From Eledone cirrhosa (lineage: Eukaryota): a DNA stretch of 64,000 bases. The first letter of the stretch is position 1; every line of letters starts with the position of its first letter. The stretch is from the NCBI GenBank assembly GCA_964016885.1, contig OZ024741.1, positions 9,672,001-9,736,000 on the forward strand, in the 5' to 3' direction. The notes under the pieces were generated by a model, which ran no database searches, was not told where the DNA came from, and worked only from the letters and a program-made list of their open reading frames with translations. Shown here piece by piece: positions 1 through 17,089 of this stretch. The position numbers were made by a program, and so were the translations under genes.

Positions 1-379
1 GGTGGCTGTTGTTGGCCATTGTCTGCGGAAATGCTTTTGCAGTTTTGTTCGCGGGGTGCAGGCCCAACTCCGCTGCGTCATAGACCCAGAGTCCATCACC
101 TTCTCCTCTTCCCCCTCCTTTTCTTCTGTGGCCCTAGAGTCTCTTTGCCTTTCCCCTTCCTTTCCTCTCATTTATGGCTTTTATAGTCCTTTCCTCTACT
201 TTCCTATACATCCAGATCTGCTTTTTTTACCCCTTCCTCATTTTCTCATTACATAATTTTGTTTTTATCTTTCCGTTTCATATTTATGCAATCATCAATG
301 GTTTTTAAGCCAACTTTGTGAATATTTGTAATGTTATATACACAAGTGTGAATAATAAAATACCGAATTAAAGCAAAAA

Positions 380-830
380 ACGTCTAGAAATATAGTGCCA
401 TCGCCTAATGTATTCCTATATAAATTTTTGCTAAAACTGTATAGAAATGTATTGTGATGGTTTCTTGAAGAAAGTGCATAGTTAACTGAGAGGAAAGTGT
501 TGTGATTGTGTGCCAGGTGTAACAATTATCAAGAAGTTTACACCCATATTTACATTGAAATTCATATATTACATTGATTATTATCAGTCTTGGGCTTACC
601 TGTCTGTGGCTTACCTGCCTGTGGTTTACCTGCCTGTATTAATAAACGACGTTTGTTATAATTTTGGCCTTTTTATATTCTATTCTATGAGTTTGGGGTA
701 AGGATCTGTGTCTTCTTTTGTGTGTTTTATAAGGATGTCTTCATCCATTCTATAAGCAGTGTTCATTTCATTCTTGCAGTCTATATATTTGGTTTGAATA
801 TTGTTCTGGGTGTAGAATCTTTACGGCACC
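380..830 (-). pseudogene. Possible highly decayed Penelope-like element linker fragment
   Basis: Minus-strand frames give ...NFLIIV...HFPLS*...LYSFSKNL, loosely like the PLE 'KFL..IDKHFP....NT.K.SYS...N' segment; stops and frameshifts present. Confidence 0.25.
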
Positions 831-1036
831 GGCTAAGGCGGTAACCATTACGCCATTAGTATGACCATTCTCATACTAAAGATGATAATGTTCCAAGACA
901 AGTATAAAAACTAAGGAAATACGAACAATCTTTAATAAAAATTATCAAACTGGAATGCAGCCGTGTTTTAGTATAGCAGGTTTTAACAAGACACATACAC
1001 ATATTATTGTGTGGGTGAGTGTATATATATATATGT

Positions 1037-1676
<640 letters not shown>

Positions 1677-1678
1677 TA

Positions 1679-1760
<82 letters not shown>

Positions 1761-1766
<6 letters not shown>

Positions 1767-2326
1767 TGCCCCTCGTTATCGAGTATGGCCGTTGCACGAT
1801 ATACCATTATTAATAATTATTAATTAATTCTATCGTGCATTGCCTGTGCATGAAGATATTTTTTTAAGTGAGGAAAGACTGTGCACTGAGCCAATCCCAC
1901 TCTCTGAGCGACAGTAGCTTTAACCCGAAAAGAAGAAAATATCAACATCATCGGTAACTACTGAGACGCAGGTTTTATATCGGAGTTATCCCAGTTTCCT
2001 GAGAATGCCCTGGCAAAGGCTAGGGTCCTTCACTCCCAGTGGTTTAACTGCGTGATCGGGTGTCCAGCCCGACTATTTCTATGTCCCCGCGCATATACAT
2101 ACACATGCACCCATGTATATACACATATACATACATATGTAGATGTGTATTTACATATTTACACACTTTCGGATGGCCGTTGACTCTTATGAGTTCTTCC
2201 GCCCTTTGTCAGGTTTTGTTTTTTGTCCTGCAGGGTGTCCAAAATCACCCCCCTCACCAAAACCGACCATGCGACAGGTTGTACTGGGTTACATGTTACC
2301 AGTAGCACTCAAGAGTGACCCGACAT
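1761..2326 (+). mobile_element. ~560-bp dispersed non-autonomous retroelement (SINE/LINE-derived)
   Basis: Close reverse-complement copy at 31945-32541; 3' end runs into a CA/CATA microsatellite tail. Confidence 0.75.
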
Positions 2327-2347
2327 ATACACACACACACACACACG

Positions 2348-2498
<151 letters not shown>

Positions 2499-2741
2499 AC
2501 ATATATATATGTATAGATACACACACACATATATATATATACACATACATAATGTGCGTATGTGATGGGTGTGGTCGTGTGTGTATGAATGGGTGTGTAT
2601 GTACATTATTGTAACACTGCTGGTTCAGACATCAATGTCTGTTGTGTGAAAACATAAGTCACCCAATAAGTACCCTGCTGTTATATATACCAGGGTTGAT
2701 ATAATCGATACTATAAGCACCATCCTGTAAGATATGTTTTG

Positions 2742-2850
2742 TGGAGGTGCGTCGCCTAGTGGTAAGGTTGTTGGACTTAGGATCATAATAATATCATGGG
2801 TTCCATTCCTGGGCTGGCTGTGTTTTTGAGCCAAACACTTCATTTCACGT
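2742..2850 (+). mobile_element. tRNA-derived SINE (second family)
   Basis: A-box-like cgcctagtgg and B-box-like gggttccattcc; related to 60576-60705. Confidence 0.55.
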
Positions 2851-3203
2851 TACAATAGTTGAGGGTTTAACCTTACGATGGACTGGCGAGAATGGTTCTT
2901 GTACTCTTAGTCGCTTCACGTATATGAAACCAGGATAAGACCTTCCTAGATAGACTGTTATACCAGGGTTGACATGATCGATACATTAGGTACCATGCTG
3001 TTATATAAGCGAGGGTTGACATGATCGATATAATAGGTACCATGCTGTTATGTATGCGAAAATGATCAACTAAAGGCCTTCTCAAACTTTCACTCAGCAT
3101 AGCTGCAAATCGATGACAGCAACCAGTAAAAGAACATACAGGCACATATACATATATACATATATACATATACATGCATACATATATATATACATAAACG
3201 TAC

Positions 3204-3318
<115 letters not shown>

Positions 3319-3388
3319 GTATAGTCACATTATGTATATATATATAGTAATAGTCACATTATGTATATATATATAGTAATAGTCACAT

Positions 3389-3440
<52 letters not shown>

Positions 3441-3568
3441 CAAAGGGATATTTAATTTGTTGGTAATTTAACAAATATATTTATAACAGTTTCGAAGTAC
3501 TCAACAGATTTTTGGAGTATAATATCAATGATATTAATAAATGGAAACTACATTTATAAAACCATATT

Positions 3569-3621
3569 TATTCTATTATATATATTTCAAGGGTACCAAA
3601 TCTTTGGTACGCTCTCATCAG
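3569..3621 (-). ncRNA. Hammerhead ribozyme motif (family E), 5' strand of stem I lost
   Basis: Minus strand CTGATGA-gagcgtaccaaagatttggtaccctt-GAAA-tatata-TA; intact relative at 30084. Confidence 0.6.
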
Positions 3622-3735
3622 TGGTTTATATATATATATATATGTATGTATGTAAAAGGTAAACAAAAATAACACAATCGGTGCAGTATATGGAACGAAT
3701 ATATTAGGTTAACGCTTGAAATAGCAGGAAGAGGG

Positions 3736-3770
3736 TCTTAACGTTTCGGACGCTAGTCCTTCATCAGAAA
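3736..3770 (-). ncRNA. Minimal hammerhead-like motif (family F)
   Basis: CTGATGA-aggac tagc gtcc-GAAA-cgt-TA; weak stem I; relatives at 36363 and 57271. Confidence 0.5.
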
Positions 3771-3843
3771 AAAAGAATGAGAAATAAGATAGACAGACGG
3801 GACGGGCGGGTTGGAATTGGAGACGAGTGAAAAGAAGAAGGTC

Positions 3844-3895
<52 letters not shown>

Positions 3896-4081
3896 TGGTA
3901 GCAGCACTAAGACCACGATAAGTGTACTAGGGATGGGGTATACGAAAAGATACACTATATGTTAATATAGAATAAACATATAGGATCCACGCTATAGAAA
4001 TAAAATATTTTTTCATTGCGAAAAATCATTTTTCTTTCTTTTGCTTTGTAAACTTGGCACAGAATGACAGTAGCACATGCA

Positions 4082-4132
4082 AATGACAGACAGCGCTGTT
4101 TCAAGTTTCGTTAATGTCTCATCAGTGACATT
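4082..4132 (-). ncRNA. Hammerhead-like motif with palindromic stem III and GUC site
   Basis: aatgtca-CTGATGA-gacattaacgaaactt-GAAA-cagcgctg-TC-tgtcatt; stem II poorly paired. Confidence 0.5.
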
Positions 4133-4468
4133 CATTCAACTGGTACTGAGAGGAAAAAGGATTAGAGTTTATATATGTGTTGTATGATAAAGATTTGCTG
4201 GATATACTCATTTGCATATAGCAAATAAATAACATCGATTAGAAATACTCTTTTGTTATAGTGCGAACTGGCTGATTATAATTGATTTGCAGTAGCACTA
4301 AGACAGCGTTAAGCGTAATAAGGATATATGTATCAAAGCATAAGCAATAAACATACGGGAGTATCGCTATATAAGACATATCACTTTTTCGTATGAATAA
4401 ATAATATTTTTTCTCCGTGTAGTATTCAGTAACATAGAGATGTCAGTAACATATAGAGATATGTGTGA

Positions 4469-4604
<136 letters not shown>

Positions 4605-4906
4605 ATACATGCACATTTATTTGAAGTTATGACGAACAAGCATAGCTTGCAATTGTACAAGATTTGTTAGGCCATCAAACCTTTGTATGCAAATAGTATA
4701 TGATGTGTGGGATCCACACACACACACATACACACACGCATATATATATATATTTATATATTAATAAGACGATGACGTTTCGTTTACACGTATTTAGATT
4801 TTTGTGATGTATTGACATGTTACGTGTGTTTCACAGAAGATTGGCTTAGGGTTATCCATAGGATTTATAGACCCGACATCTAAATAAACGAAACTTCATC
4901 GTTTTT

Positions 4907-4940
<34 letters not shown>

Positions 4941-4945
<5 letters not shown>

Positions 4946-5066
4946 TCACATTGTTAAAGCATGATAGTCACGCGCGCACACACACACGCATATATATATA
5001 TATATATATATATATGCGTGTGTGTGTGTGCGCGTGACTATCATGCTTTAACAATGTGAGTATATA
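4941..5066. repeat. Near-perfect palindrome centred on a (TA)n tract
   Basis: tatactcacattgttaaagcatgatagtcacgcg...cgcgtgactatcatgctttaacaatgtgagtata. Confidence 0.9.
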
Positions 5067-5120
5067 TTGTATAAAAATAATGAATTATATATATATATAT
5101 ATATAATTCATTATTTTTAT

Positions 5121-5161
<41 letters not shown>

Positions 5162-5644
5162 ATGGAAAATTTGAACAGGAACAAAACAGAGAGGCAGTAC
5201 AACGAATGTTTATTAATTTCACGCTCTTGAGAGTGGGGTGGTGGTATATATATATATATATATATAGTGATTTATTGCTGGTGTCATTCGCAACTATCTA
5301 GATTTGAGATGTTGCTAAAGTTATTTTTTATATATGACATATGTAAATAACTTTAATACTTTTCTGAATGTTTATAACTCAAAATTTAACGCAGTCAACA
5401 TTGCAGAGTTTAATCAGTCTTTTGATAAATTTGATAAATTTGATAAATAGATTTATGTTATTTATACAACTGTGAATTTATAGTCTATAATTTTATTTCA
5501 TAACATGGAATTTTATAGCCTGGAATACAACCGCAATTGTTATAAATTAAAAGATTCCACTATCATATTTCTAATGAATGACACCACTTAAAATTTTCAA
5601 ATAATCAAGAATTTTCAAATAACCAAGAATTTTGAGAGATTTAA

Positions 5645-5990
5645 TAATATCACATTAAAGTCCACCCAAGACTTGGGCTCCGTGCTATCCGCCCACAACA
5701 AAAATTCCACTCGCATCTCATAACAAGAATACGGCACAATTATTTCACCTTAATTGGTCCCGCTTTCTTTAACATTACACCAAAACACATTAAAACAGAA
5801 ACAAACCCCATCAAGTTCAAGAAGTCTTTGGACAAATTGCTTCAAGAAATCCCGGTTAAACTTCCTACACCCGGATATGTCTCCGTAAACAATAATTCCC
5901 TTCTTGAGTGGGCCATGGTGTCCAAATCGTGATTTGAAAGACTTCGCCAGATGGTGCTATTAAGTTAGATATGGCCTGGGCCGACCCCTA
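5645..5990 (+). mobile_element. CR1/L2-group LINE 3' fragment
   Basis: Translates RHNYFTLIGPAFFNITPKHIK...KFKKSLDKLLQEIPVKLPTPGYVSVNNNSLLEW, resembling the ORF2 C-terminal 'GP.LFN.LP...FK..LD..L..IPD.P' motif. Confidence 0.65.
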
Positions 5991-6449
5991 TGAAAGTTTA
6001 CCTGCGCTATCAAACTTTCTCATTATTTATTTAGTGTTAGGGACAGAGAATAACAAATATTTAGCATTATGATGGAAGGTCCTTAGATAAATATAAACAC
6101 TTAAAAGAAAACAAAACAGTTTTGCATCATTGAACCAGGTTTCAGGTGGTTTAATATGAAACGAGATAAAACAGGAATGAGCATCAACATCCACGTGGTA
6201 TAATATAATACATAGTCAACCACAAGCTAGCAATCCATATATTCTTAGATCTAATCCTGTTGATTCTCTGATGGTTTAGTATATTAAAACATAAACACAT
6301 TTAATGTCAATTTCCGTAGACTCTATCGTCACTTTATCATATTTACTTTGGGTTTACTTGGGATAGAAATTTATAATTTAACATGAGTTTATTATAAAAA
6401 CGTTTCTCCCTTATGTTATACCAGGTTATATTATATCATGCTTTGACGT

Positions 6450-6590
6450 ATAGAGTTACGGCCCTTGCCATTCTAAGTTCAAATCCAGCCGAGGTTAACT
6501 TTGCCTTTCATCCTTACGGGGTCGATAAAATAAAGTACCAGTAATACAGTGGGGGTAATTGCTGGCCTTGTGCCTAAAGTAGAAACAATT
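6450..6590 (+). mobile_element. tRNA-derived SINE (cephalopod-type), partial
   Basis: B box agttcaaatcc followed by gaggttaactttgcctttcatccttacggggtcgataaaataaagtaccag; about ten copies in the window. Confidence 0.8.
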
Positions 6591-6623
6591 ATATCATATT
6601 ATCCTATACTATATTCTATCGCT

Positions 6624-7102
<479 letters not shown>

Positions 7103-7104
7103 AC

Positions 7105-7155
<51 letters not shown>

Positions 7156-7305
7156 CAAGTGGAAGCTTAGTAAAATCGAAGCTTTGGCTGTGGGCAAGCA
7201 AAGCACTCAATGAGCGTAGGTCCTTAGAGTAATAACATACGTTTAAATAGCTTGACAAATTGAACATTGTGGTAGGCAAAACCCAACACACAATAGCAAA
7301 GTAAC

Positions 7306-7354
<49 letters not shown>

Positions 7355-7399
7355 GTGACGAAACATAAGTCAAATGCATGAACTCATAATCCTTTATTT

Positions 7400-7455
7400 A
7401 CTGCTATCTATATTTCGATGATAGCCATTGAATGGCTATGACCTCATCAGGCAGT
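7400..7455 (-). ncRNA. Type I hammerhead ribozyme (family D)
   Basis: actgc-CTGATGA-ggtcatagccattcaatggctatcatc-GAAA-tataga-TA-gcagt, then AATAAA. Confidence 0.75.
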
Positions 7456-7515
7456 TAGTCAGTTCTTAGATATGCCAGCTCTGTGTGTATAGTGTTGATG
7501 GTATCAGAGCCTTGA

Positions 7516-7558
<43 letters not shown>

Positions 7559-7870
7559 GTTACTTTCAATACAAGTTTCGACACAAATACTCCACGTATA
7601 CAGTTTTAAACTGAATATTGTTTGTAACTTTTACACCATGTACCTAACATGTTTTACAAAACATATAATTGTACAGTATATATATATATATATATATATG
7701 TTTACACACACATATACACATACACGCACACACATATATAAATATACAATAATATATATATGTATATATATATGCACATACACACACACGCACACACACA
7801 CACAAATCCCCCCCCCCACACACACACACAAACACACACACACACACACAACCCCGCCCCTAACCCCCCG

Positions 7871-7951
<81 letters not shown>

Positions 7952-8196
7952 CATATATATATCGGAAAAGTTATATTCAAACCTATATATATATAAGCTT
8001 AAATACGGTTGTTTACCACTGGGTAGAATTGGTTATTCTGCAATGTTAATCATCACGTAATATTTCAAAAGCACTCGACGTTATGCAACTCATCCATCTT
8101 TGATGTTAGTGGTGCAGGAACGGAGTCAAATGTATTATAAAGTGAAATAACAGGAGGCCAAATATGTTGAATTTCCTTAATTATTTATTTCTGTAA

Positions 8197-8254
8197 ACAC
8201 TATGCACATTTCAGTGGCCAGGTTGCGTAAGAACCCGGTGACATCTTCAGGTGT
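8197..8254 (-). ncRNA. Type I hammerhead ribozyme (family C-related)
   Basis: acac-CTGAAGA-tgtcaccgggttcttacgcaacctggccact-GAAA-tgtgca-TA-gtgt, then AATAAA. Confidence 0.65.
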
Positions 8255-8383
8255 ATATTGTGTCATAGATGTAGACCAACGGAATGGTGGGAAACTTTAT
8301 GGAAACAAACAAAGAAAAAAAATGAAAAAAAATGTGATTTTGATTTTGACCCAGAGACGAACGAGCATGTTTTTTTATCATAT

Positions 8384-8582
<199 letters not shown>

Positions 8583-8593
8583 TATAAATCTAT

Positions 8594-8630
<37 letters not shown>

Positions 8631-8654
8631 ATATATATATATAGATTTATATAT

Positions 8655-8724
<70 letters not shown>

Positions 8725-8763
8725 ATATATATATATATTATATATATATATATTATATATATA

Positions 8764-8827
<64 letters not shown>

Positions 8828-8835
8828 CTCTATAC

Positions 8836-8881
<46 letters not shown>

Positions 8882-8929
8882 TATAAATCTATATATATAT
8901 ATATAAATCTATATATATATATATATAAA

Positions 8930-8993
<64 letters not shown>

Positions 8994-9102
8994 ATATTAT
9001 ATATATATATATATTATATATATATATATATATTTATATATATGATATTGCTAGCTTGACCCTTCCAAAGTATATATATTTATATATATATATATATTTA
9101 TA

Positions 9103-9221
<119 letters not shown>

Positions 9222-9246
9222 CATATATATATTATATATATATATA

Positions 9247-9397
<151 letters not shown>

Positions 9398-9451
9398 ATT
9401 GCTAGCTTGACCCTTCCAAAGTATAACTATATATTATATATATATGTGAAT

Positions 9452-9502
9452 GGCTTCTACTGGTGCAGAACTGTTTCATTCGAAGTAAATCATCAGGATA
9501 AC
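9452..9502 (-). ncRNA. Degenerate hammerhead (family B)
   Basis: CTGATGA-tttacttcgaat-GAAA-cagttctgcaccag-TA-gaagcc; stems partly mismatched; short inverted fragment follows. Confidence 0.45.
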
Positions 9503-9920
9503 CTACGAATAAAACTGTAGAAGCCGTTTCCATATTAAATTTTGTTGTAAATACTTTTGTATGTGTGTGTGCGTGTGAGTGTGTGTGTGTGTGTGTGTGT
9601 ATGAGTGTGTGTGTGTGTGTGTATGTGTGTGAGTGTGTGAGTGTGTGTGAGTGTGTGTGTGTATGTGTGTGTGTCAGTGTGTGTGTGTGTGAGTGTGTGT
9701 GTGTGTGTTTGAGTATGTGTGTGTCAGTGTCTGTGTGTGAGTGTGTGAGTGTGAGTGTGTGAGTGTGTGAGTGTGTGTGTATGAGTGTGTGTGTCAGTGT
9801 GTCAGTGTGTGAGTGTGTCAGTGTGTGAGTGTGTCAGTGTGTGTGTGTGTCAGTGTGTGTGTAAATTGAGTTCTGAGGTAGATCTAGGTATTGCGATAAT
9901 AATACATATATATATATATA

Positions 9921-10113
9921 TAACGAAGGTAATGTGGTAAGGAACCAGGTGGACCATAACGCACCAGAGTACTCAACACTTAGGGTAGTAGAGTGGGTAA
10001 TAGGAAAAGGTATGACCCCGACGGCAGAGCTCAAGCCATTTCAACGGTTAATTCTGTCCAGAAATAACCGTTGAAATGGCTTGAGCTCTGCGGTCGGGGT
10101 CATACATTTTCCT
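9921..10113. mobile_element. Family A fold-back element
   Basis: Same tail and palindrome as 6907-7102, within (TA)n. Confidence 0.8.
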
Positions 10114-10300
10114 ATATATATATATATATAATTAAACATATATATGTATATATATATAATTATATATATATGTATATATATATATATATGATGAAAAATT
10201 GAACAGGGACAGAACAGAGAGGCAGTACGACAAATGTTTATTAAATCACGCTCAGGAGAATATATATTATATATATATATATATATAAATGTATATATAA

Positions 10301-10428
<128 letters not shown>

Positions 10429-10438
10429 GTATATATAA

Positions 10439-10582
<144 letters not shown>

Positions 10583-11195
10583 CAAAGGGATATTTAATTT
10601 GTTGGTAATTCAACAAATATATTTATAACAGATTCGAAGCACTCGACAGTTTCTGGAGTATAATATCAATGATATTAAATAATTGGAAACTATATTTATA
10701 AAACCATATTTATTCTATTATATATATTTTCAATGTATGTATATATCGGTATATGTTTGTATATATGTATGTATGTAAAAGGTAAACAGAAATAACAAAA
10801 CAAACGACAGAGTACATGGAAGATAGCTTAACGTATATATATATATGCAGCGAGACAGACATGTATATGTATATACAGTATTCGACGGCTATTTCTGGAC
10901 ACTATTACCCTAAGTATTGAGTACTCGAGTACTCTGGTGTGTTATCGTCCATCTGGTTCATTATCACACTTCTTTCCTTATATATATATATATATATACC
11001 TCGACACAGAAATATATACACCTCGACACAGAAATATATACACCTCGACACACATATATATATATATAATACACTCTGTTTAGCTCTACACCTCGACACA
11101 GAAGTGAACCTAAACATCGAGTGCTCTCCCGGGTTAACCTACAGTTACTCCAAGTTACACTCCCTGATATATATATATATATAGATATATATATA

Positions 11196-11325
11196 TCTAC
11201 GGTCCTTGCCATTCTAAGTTCAAATCCCGCTGAGGTTAACTTTGCCATGCAGCCGTACCGGGTCGATAAAATGAAGTACAGTAATGTACTGGTTAATTGC
11301 TGGCCTTGTGCCAAAAGTAGAAATC
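11196..11325 (+). mobile_element. tRNA-derived SINE, partial
   Basis: agttcaaatcccgctgaggttaactttgcc...gtcgataaaatgaagtacag. Confidence 0.75.
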
Positions 11326-11338
11326 TCTCTCTCTCTAA

Positions 11339-11381
<43 letters not shown>

Positions 11382-11384
11382 TAT

Positions 11385-11420
<36 letters not shown>

Positions 11421-11782
11421 CAAAAGTAAGTATAATGATGCGTTACATACGTAAACAAGTATATATTGATTATTTGCACATCTACACACACACACACACG
11501 CACACACACACACACAACTACTCTCACACACACACACACAACTACTCTCTCTCACACACACACACAACTATTCTCACACACACACACACCTAAACACATA
11601 TACTTCAATATACATATCAATATATATATATAACATATACTTACATTCAATCACTTTACACATATACAACATAGATGCAAATATATACATACATGCGTAT
11701 ATATATGTGTATTTGTGCATATACATATATACTTAAACACACATGTATATGTTGTTTAAATGCATGTATATATCGATGCACG

Positions 11783-11829
<47 letters not shown>

Positions 11830-12101
11830 CATATGTATATATATATGTATCTATATATGTATATATATATTATATATATATATACGTATATATATATATG
11901 TATATATGTGTATGTATATATATATGTATATATGTGTATGTATATATATGTATATATATGTGTATGTATATATATATATATGTATATATGTGTATATATA
12001 TATATATATATTTATATATGTGTATGTATATATATATGTTGTTATACTTTGGGAGGGTCATGTTGCTAAACAAATTCAGAAACGATATATATATGTGTAT
12101 G

Positions 12102-12132
<31 letters not shown>

Positions 12133-12156
12133 ATGTATATATGTGTATCGTATGTA

Positions 12157-12209
<53 letters not shown>

Positions 12210-12549
12210 ATATATATATATATGTATATATGCGTATGTATGTATATATGTGTATATATGTGTATATATGTGTATATATGTGTATATATGTGTATATGTG
12301 TATGTATGTATATATGTGTATATATGTGTATATATGTGTATATGTGTATGTATGTATATATGTGTATATATGTGTATATATGTGTATATGTGTATGTATG
12401 TATATATGTGTATATATGTGTATATGTGTATGTATGTATATATGTGTATATATGTGTATATATGTGTAATGTATGTATATATGTGTATATATGTGTATAT
12501 GTGTATGTATGTATATATGTGTATATATGTGTATATGATGGTTTCACAG

Positions 12550-12618
12550 TCCAAGACAGCAGTTGAGGGTTGCGATGGAGATATATTTGGCAATCCAACG
12601 ATTTACGAAGAACTCAAC
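12550..12618 (+). CDS. Candidate 69-nt exon of an unknown host gene (second copy 18951-19019)
   Basis: tttcacag| ... |gtaagg around a unique island; open frame [23 protein letters not shown]; no recognised family. Confidence 0.35.
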
Positions 12619-13029
12619 GTAAGGATTCGACTGGGGGGCGGGGGTAGCGTCTCTCTCTCTCTCTCTCTCTCTCCCTCCTCTCTCTCTCTCTCTCTCTCTC
12701 TCTGTCTATCTGTCTGTATGTCTCTGTGTGTGTGTGTGTGTTGTCTCTGTATGCCTGTGTGTCTGTGTGTCTGTGTTGTCTATGTGTGTATCTGTGTGTG
12801 TCTGTGTCTGTGTGTATGTGTGTCTGTGTGTCTGTGTGTCTGTGTGTCTGTGTGTGTCTGTGTGTCTGTGTGTCCTGTGTGTCTGTGTGTGTCTGTGTGT
12901 CTGTGTGTGCCAGCTTATAATAGAGAGTTTCTCTCTTAAGAAACAACTGAGAGAGAGACACACACACACAGACACACACATACACACACACACAGGTACA
13001 CACACACAGGTACACACACACACACAGAC

Positions 13030-16000
13030 ACACGGAGACAGGCACACACACAGAGACAGGCACACACACACACGGAGACAGGCACACACACGGAGACAGA
13101 CACACACACGGAGACAGGCACACACACACACGGAGACAGGCGCGCGCACACGCGGAGACAGGCGCGCACACACACGGAGACAGGCACACACACACACACG
13201 GAGACAGGCACACACACACACGGAGACAGGCACACACACACACGGAGACAGGCACGCACACGGAGACAGGCACACACACATACGGAGACAGGCACACACA
13301 CACACGGAGACAGGCACACACACACACGGAGACAGGCACACACACACACGGAGACAGGCACACACACGGAGACAGGCACACACACGGAGACAGGCACACA
13401 CACACACGGAGACAGGCACACACACGGAGACAGGCACACACACACACGGAGACAGGCACACACACACGGAGACAGGCACACACACACACGGAGACAGGCA
13501 CACACACACACGGATACAGGCACACACACGGAGACAGGCACACACACGGAGACAGACACACACCACACACGGAGACAGGCACACACACACACGGAGACAG
13601 CACACACACACGGAGACCAGCACACACACACACGGAGACAGGCACACACACACACGGATACAGGCACACACACGGAGACAGGCACACACACGGAGACAGG
13701 CACACACACACACGGAGACAGGCACACACACACGGAGACAGGCACACACACACGGAGACAGGCACACACACACACGAGACAGGCACACACACACACGGAT
13801 ACAGCACACACACGGAGACAGGCACACACACGGAGACAGGCACACACACACACGGAGACAGGCACACACACACACGGAGACAGGCACACACACACACGGA
13901 GACAGGCACACACACGGAGACAAGCACCACACACACACGGAGACAGGCACACACACGGAGACAGGCACACACACGGAGACAGCACACACACACACAAGGA
14001 GACAGGCACACACACACACGGAGACAGGGACACACACACACGGAGACAGCACACACACACACGAGACAGGCACCACACACACGGAGACAGGCACACACAC
14101 AACACGGAGACAGGCACACACACGGAGACAGGCACACACACGGAGACAGGCACACACACACAAGGAGACAGGCACACACACACAAGGAGACAGGCACACA
14201 CACACACGGAGACAGGACACACACACCGGAGACAGGCACACACACGGAGACAAGCACACACACACACGGAGACAGGCACACACACGGAGACAGGCACACA
14301 CACGGAGACAGGCACACACACACAAGGAGACAGGCACACACACACACGGAGACAGGGACACACACACACGGAGACAGGCACACACACACACGGAGACAGG
14401 CACACACACGGAGACAAGCACACACACACACACGGAGACAGGCACACACACACACGGAGACAGGCACACACACACACGGAGACAGGCACGACACACACAC
14501 GGAGACAGGCACACACACACACGGAGACAGGCACACACACACACACGGAGACAGGCACACACACGGACAGGCACACACACACACACGGAGACAGGCACAC
14601 ACACGGAGACAGGCACACACACACACACGGAGACAGGCACACACACACACGGAGACAGCACACACACACACGGAGACAGGCACACACACACACGGAGACA
14701 GGCACACACACACACGGAGACAGCACACACACACACACGGAGACAGGCACACACACGGAGACAGGCACACACACGGAGACAGGCACACACACACAAGGAG
14801 ACAGGCACACACACACACGGAGACAGGGACACACACACACGGAGACAGGCACACACACACACGGATACAGCACACACACGGAGACAGGCACACACACACA
14901 CGGAGACAGGCGCCGACACACACGGTGACAGGCACACACACACTCACGGAGACAGGCACACACACACACGGAGACAGGCACACACACACTCACGGAGACA
15001 GGCACACACACACACGGAGACAGGCACACACACACACGGAGACAGGCACACACACACACGGAGACAGGCACACACACACACGGAGATAGGCACACACACA
15101 CACACGGAGACAGGGACACACACACACGGTGATAGGCACACACACACACGGAGATAGGCACACACACACACGGAGACAGGCACACACACACACACGGAGA
15201 CAGGCACACACACGGAGACAGGCACACACACGGAGACAGGCACACACACACAAGGAGACAGGCACACACACACACGGAGACAGGGACACACACACACGGA
15301 GACAGGCACACACACACACGGATACAGGCACACACACGGAGACAGGCACACACACACACGGAGACAGGCGCCGACACACACGGTGACAGGCACACACACA
15401 CTCACGGAGACAGGCACACACACACACGGAGACAGGCACACACACACTCACGGAGACAGGCACACACACACACGAGACAGGCACACACACACACGAGACA
15501 GGCACACACACACACGGAGACAGGCACACACACACACGGAGATAGGCACACACACACACACGGACAGGGACACACACACACGTGATAGGCACACCACACA
15601 CGAGATAGGCACACACACACGGAGATAGGCACACACACACACGGAGACAGGACACACACACTCACGGAGACACACGACACACACGACAGGCGAGACAGGC
15701 ACACACACACACGGAGACAGGCACACACACACACGGAGACAGGCACACACACACACGGAGACAGGCACCACACACACACGGAGACAGACACACACACACG
15801 GAGATAGGCACACACACACACGGAGATAGGCACACACACACACGGAGACAGACACACACACACGGAGACAGGCACACACACACACGGAGATCAGGCAGCA
15901 CACACACACACGGAGACAGGGACACACACACACGGTGATAGCACCACACACACGAGATACGGCACACACAACACACACGGATACAGGGACACACACACGG

Positions 16001-16670
16001 TGATAGGCACACACACACACGGAGATAGGCACACACACACACACGGAGACAGGCACACACACCAACACACACAGACACCGACACACCACCACACGAGACA
16101 GACACACACACACGAGACAGGCACACACGAGACACACACACGAGACAGCACGACACACGGGACAGCACACACACACGGAGACAGCACACACACACACGGA
16201 GACAGGCACACACACACACGGAGACAGGCACACACACACACGAGACCACCAACACACGGAGACAGCACACACACACACGAGGACAGGCACACACACACGA
16301 GCTAGGACCACACACACACGGAGACAGGCACACACACACACGGAGACCCCACACACGACACACACACACACCACGGAGACAGCCACACACATACACCCCA
16401 CACACGAGACAGGCACACACACACTACGAGATAGGCACACACACACACGAGACAGGCACACACACACATCGACGAGACAGGCACACACACACACGGAGAC
16501 AGGCACACCACCACACACACGAGAGCGACGCACACACACACACGGAGAAAGGCCACACACCACGAGACAGCACACACACACACGGATAGGCACACACACA
16601 CACGGAGACAGGCACACACACACACGGAGACAGCACACACACACACGAGACAGCACACACACACGAACAG
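13030..16670. repeat. Compound satellite GGAGACAGG(CA)n
   Basis: Fixed ggagacagg core with a variable number of CA units. Confidence 0.95.
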
Positions 16671-17089
16671 CCACAACAGACTTTCCCACTTCTATTCACT
16701 ACTCCCAGCACAAATGCACACACACACACACACGTACATATACACACACACCGTACATACTCACACACACACGTACAGATACACACACACACACACATGT
16801 ACATAATCACACCACACACACACACACACACACGTACATATACAAATCACACGTACAAACACACACACAACATACTACACACACACACACACACACGTAC
16901 ATACACACACACACGCATATGTGTGTGTGTGTGTGTTGGCCAGAAGAAGAGAGAAGGAGAGAAAGAGAAGCAAAGAGTGAAAGGGAAGTGTCGTAATAGT
17001 GAGGAGGGAGGAAGGAATAGAGAGAGAGAGAGAGGGGGAGGTCAACATAGGCAACTTATATTGACATATACAACTACAAAGTGATGTGT

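Noticed and set aside
1761-2100. HDV-like ribozyme at the 5' end of the 560-bp element
   Set aside because: A hairpin is present but I could not build the nested double pseudoknot by eye.
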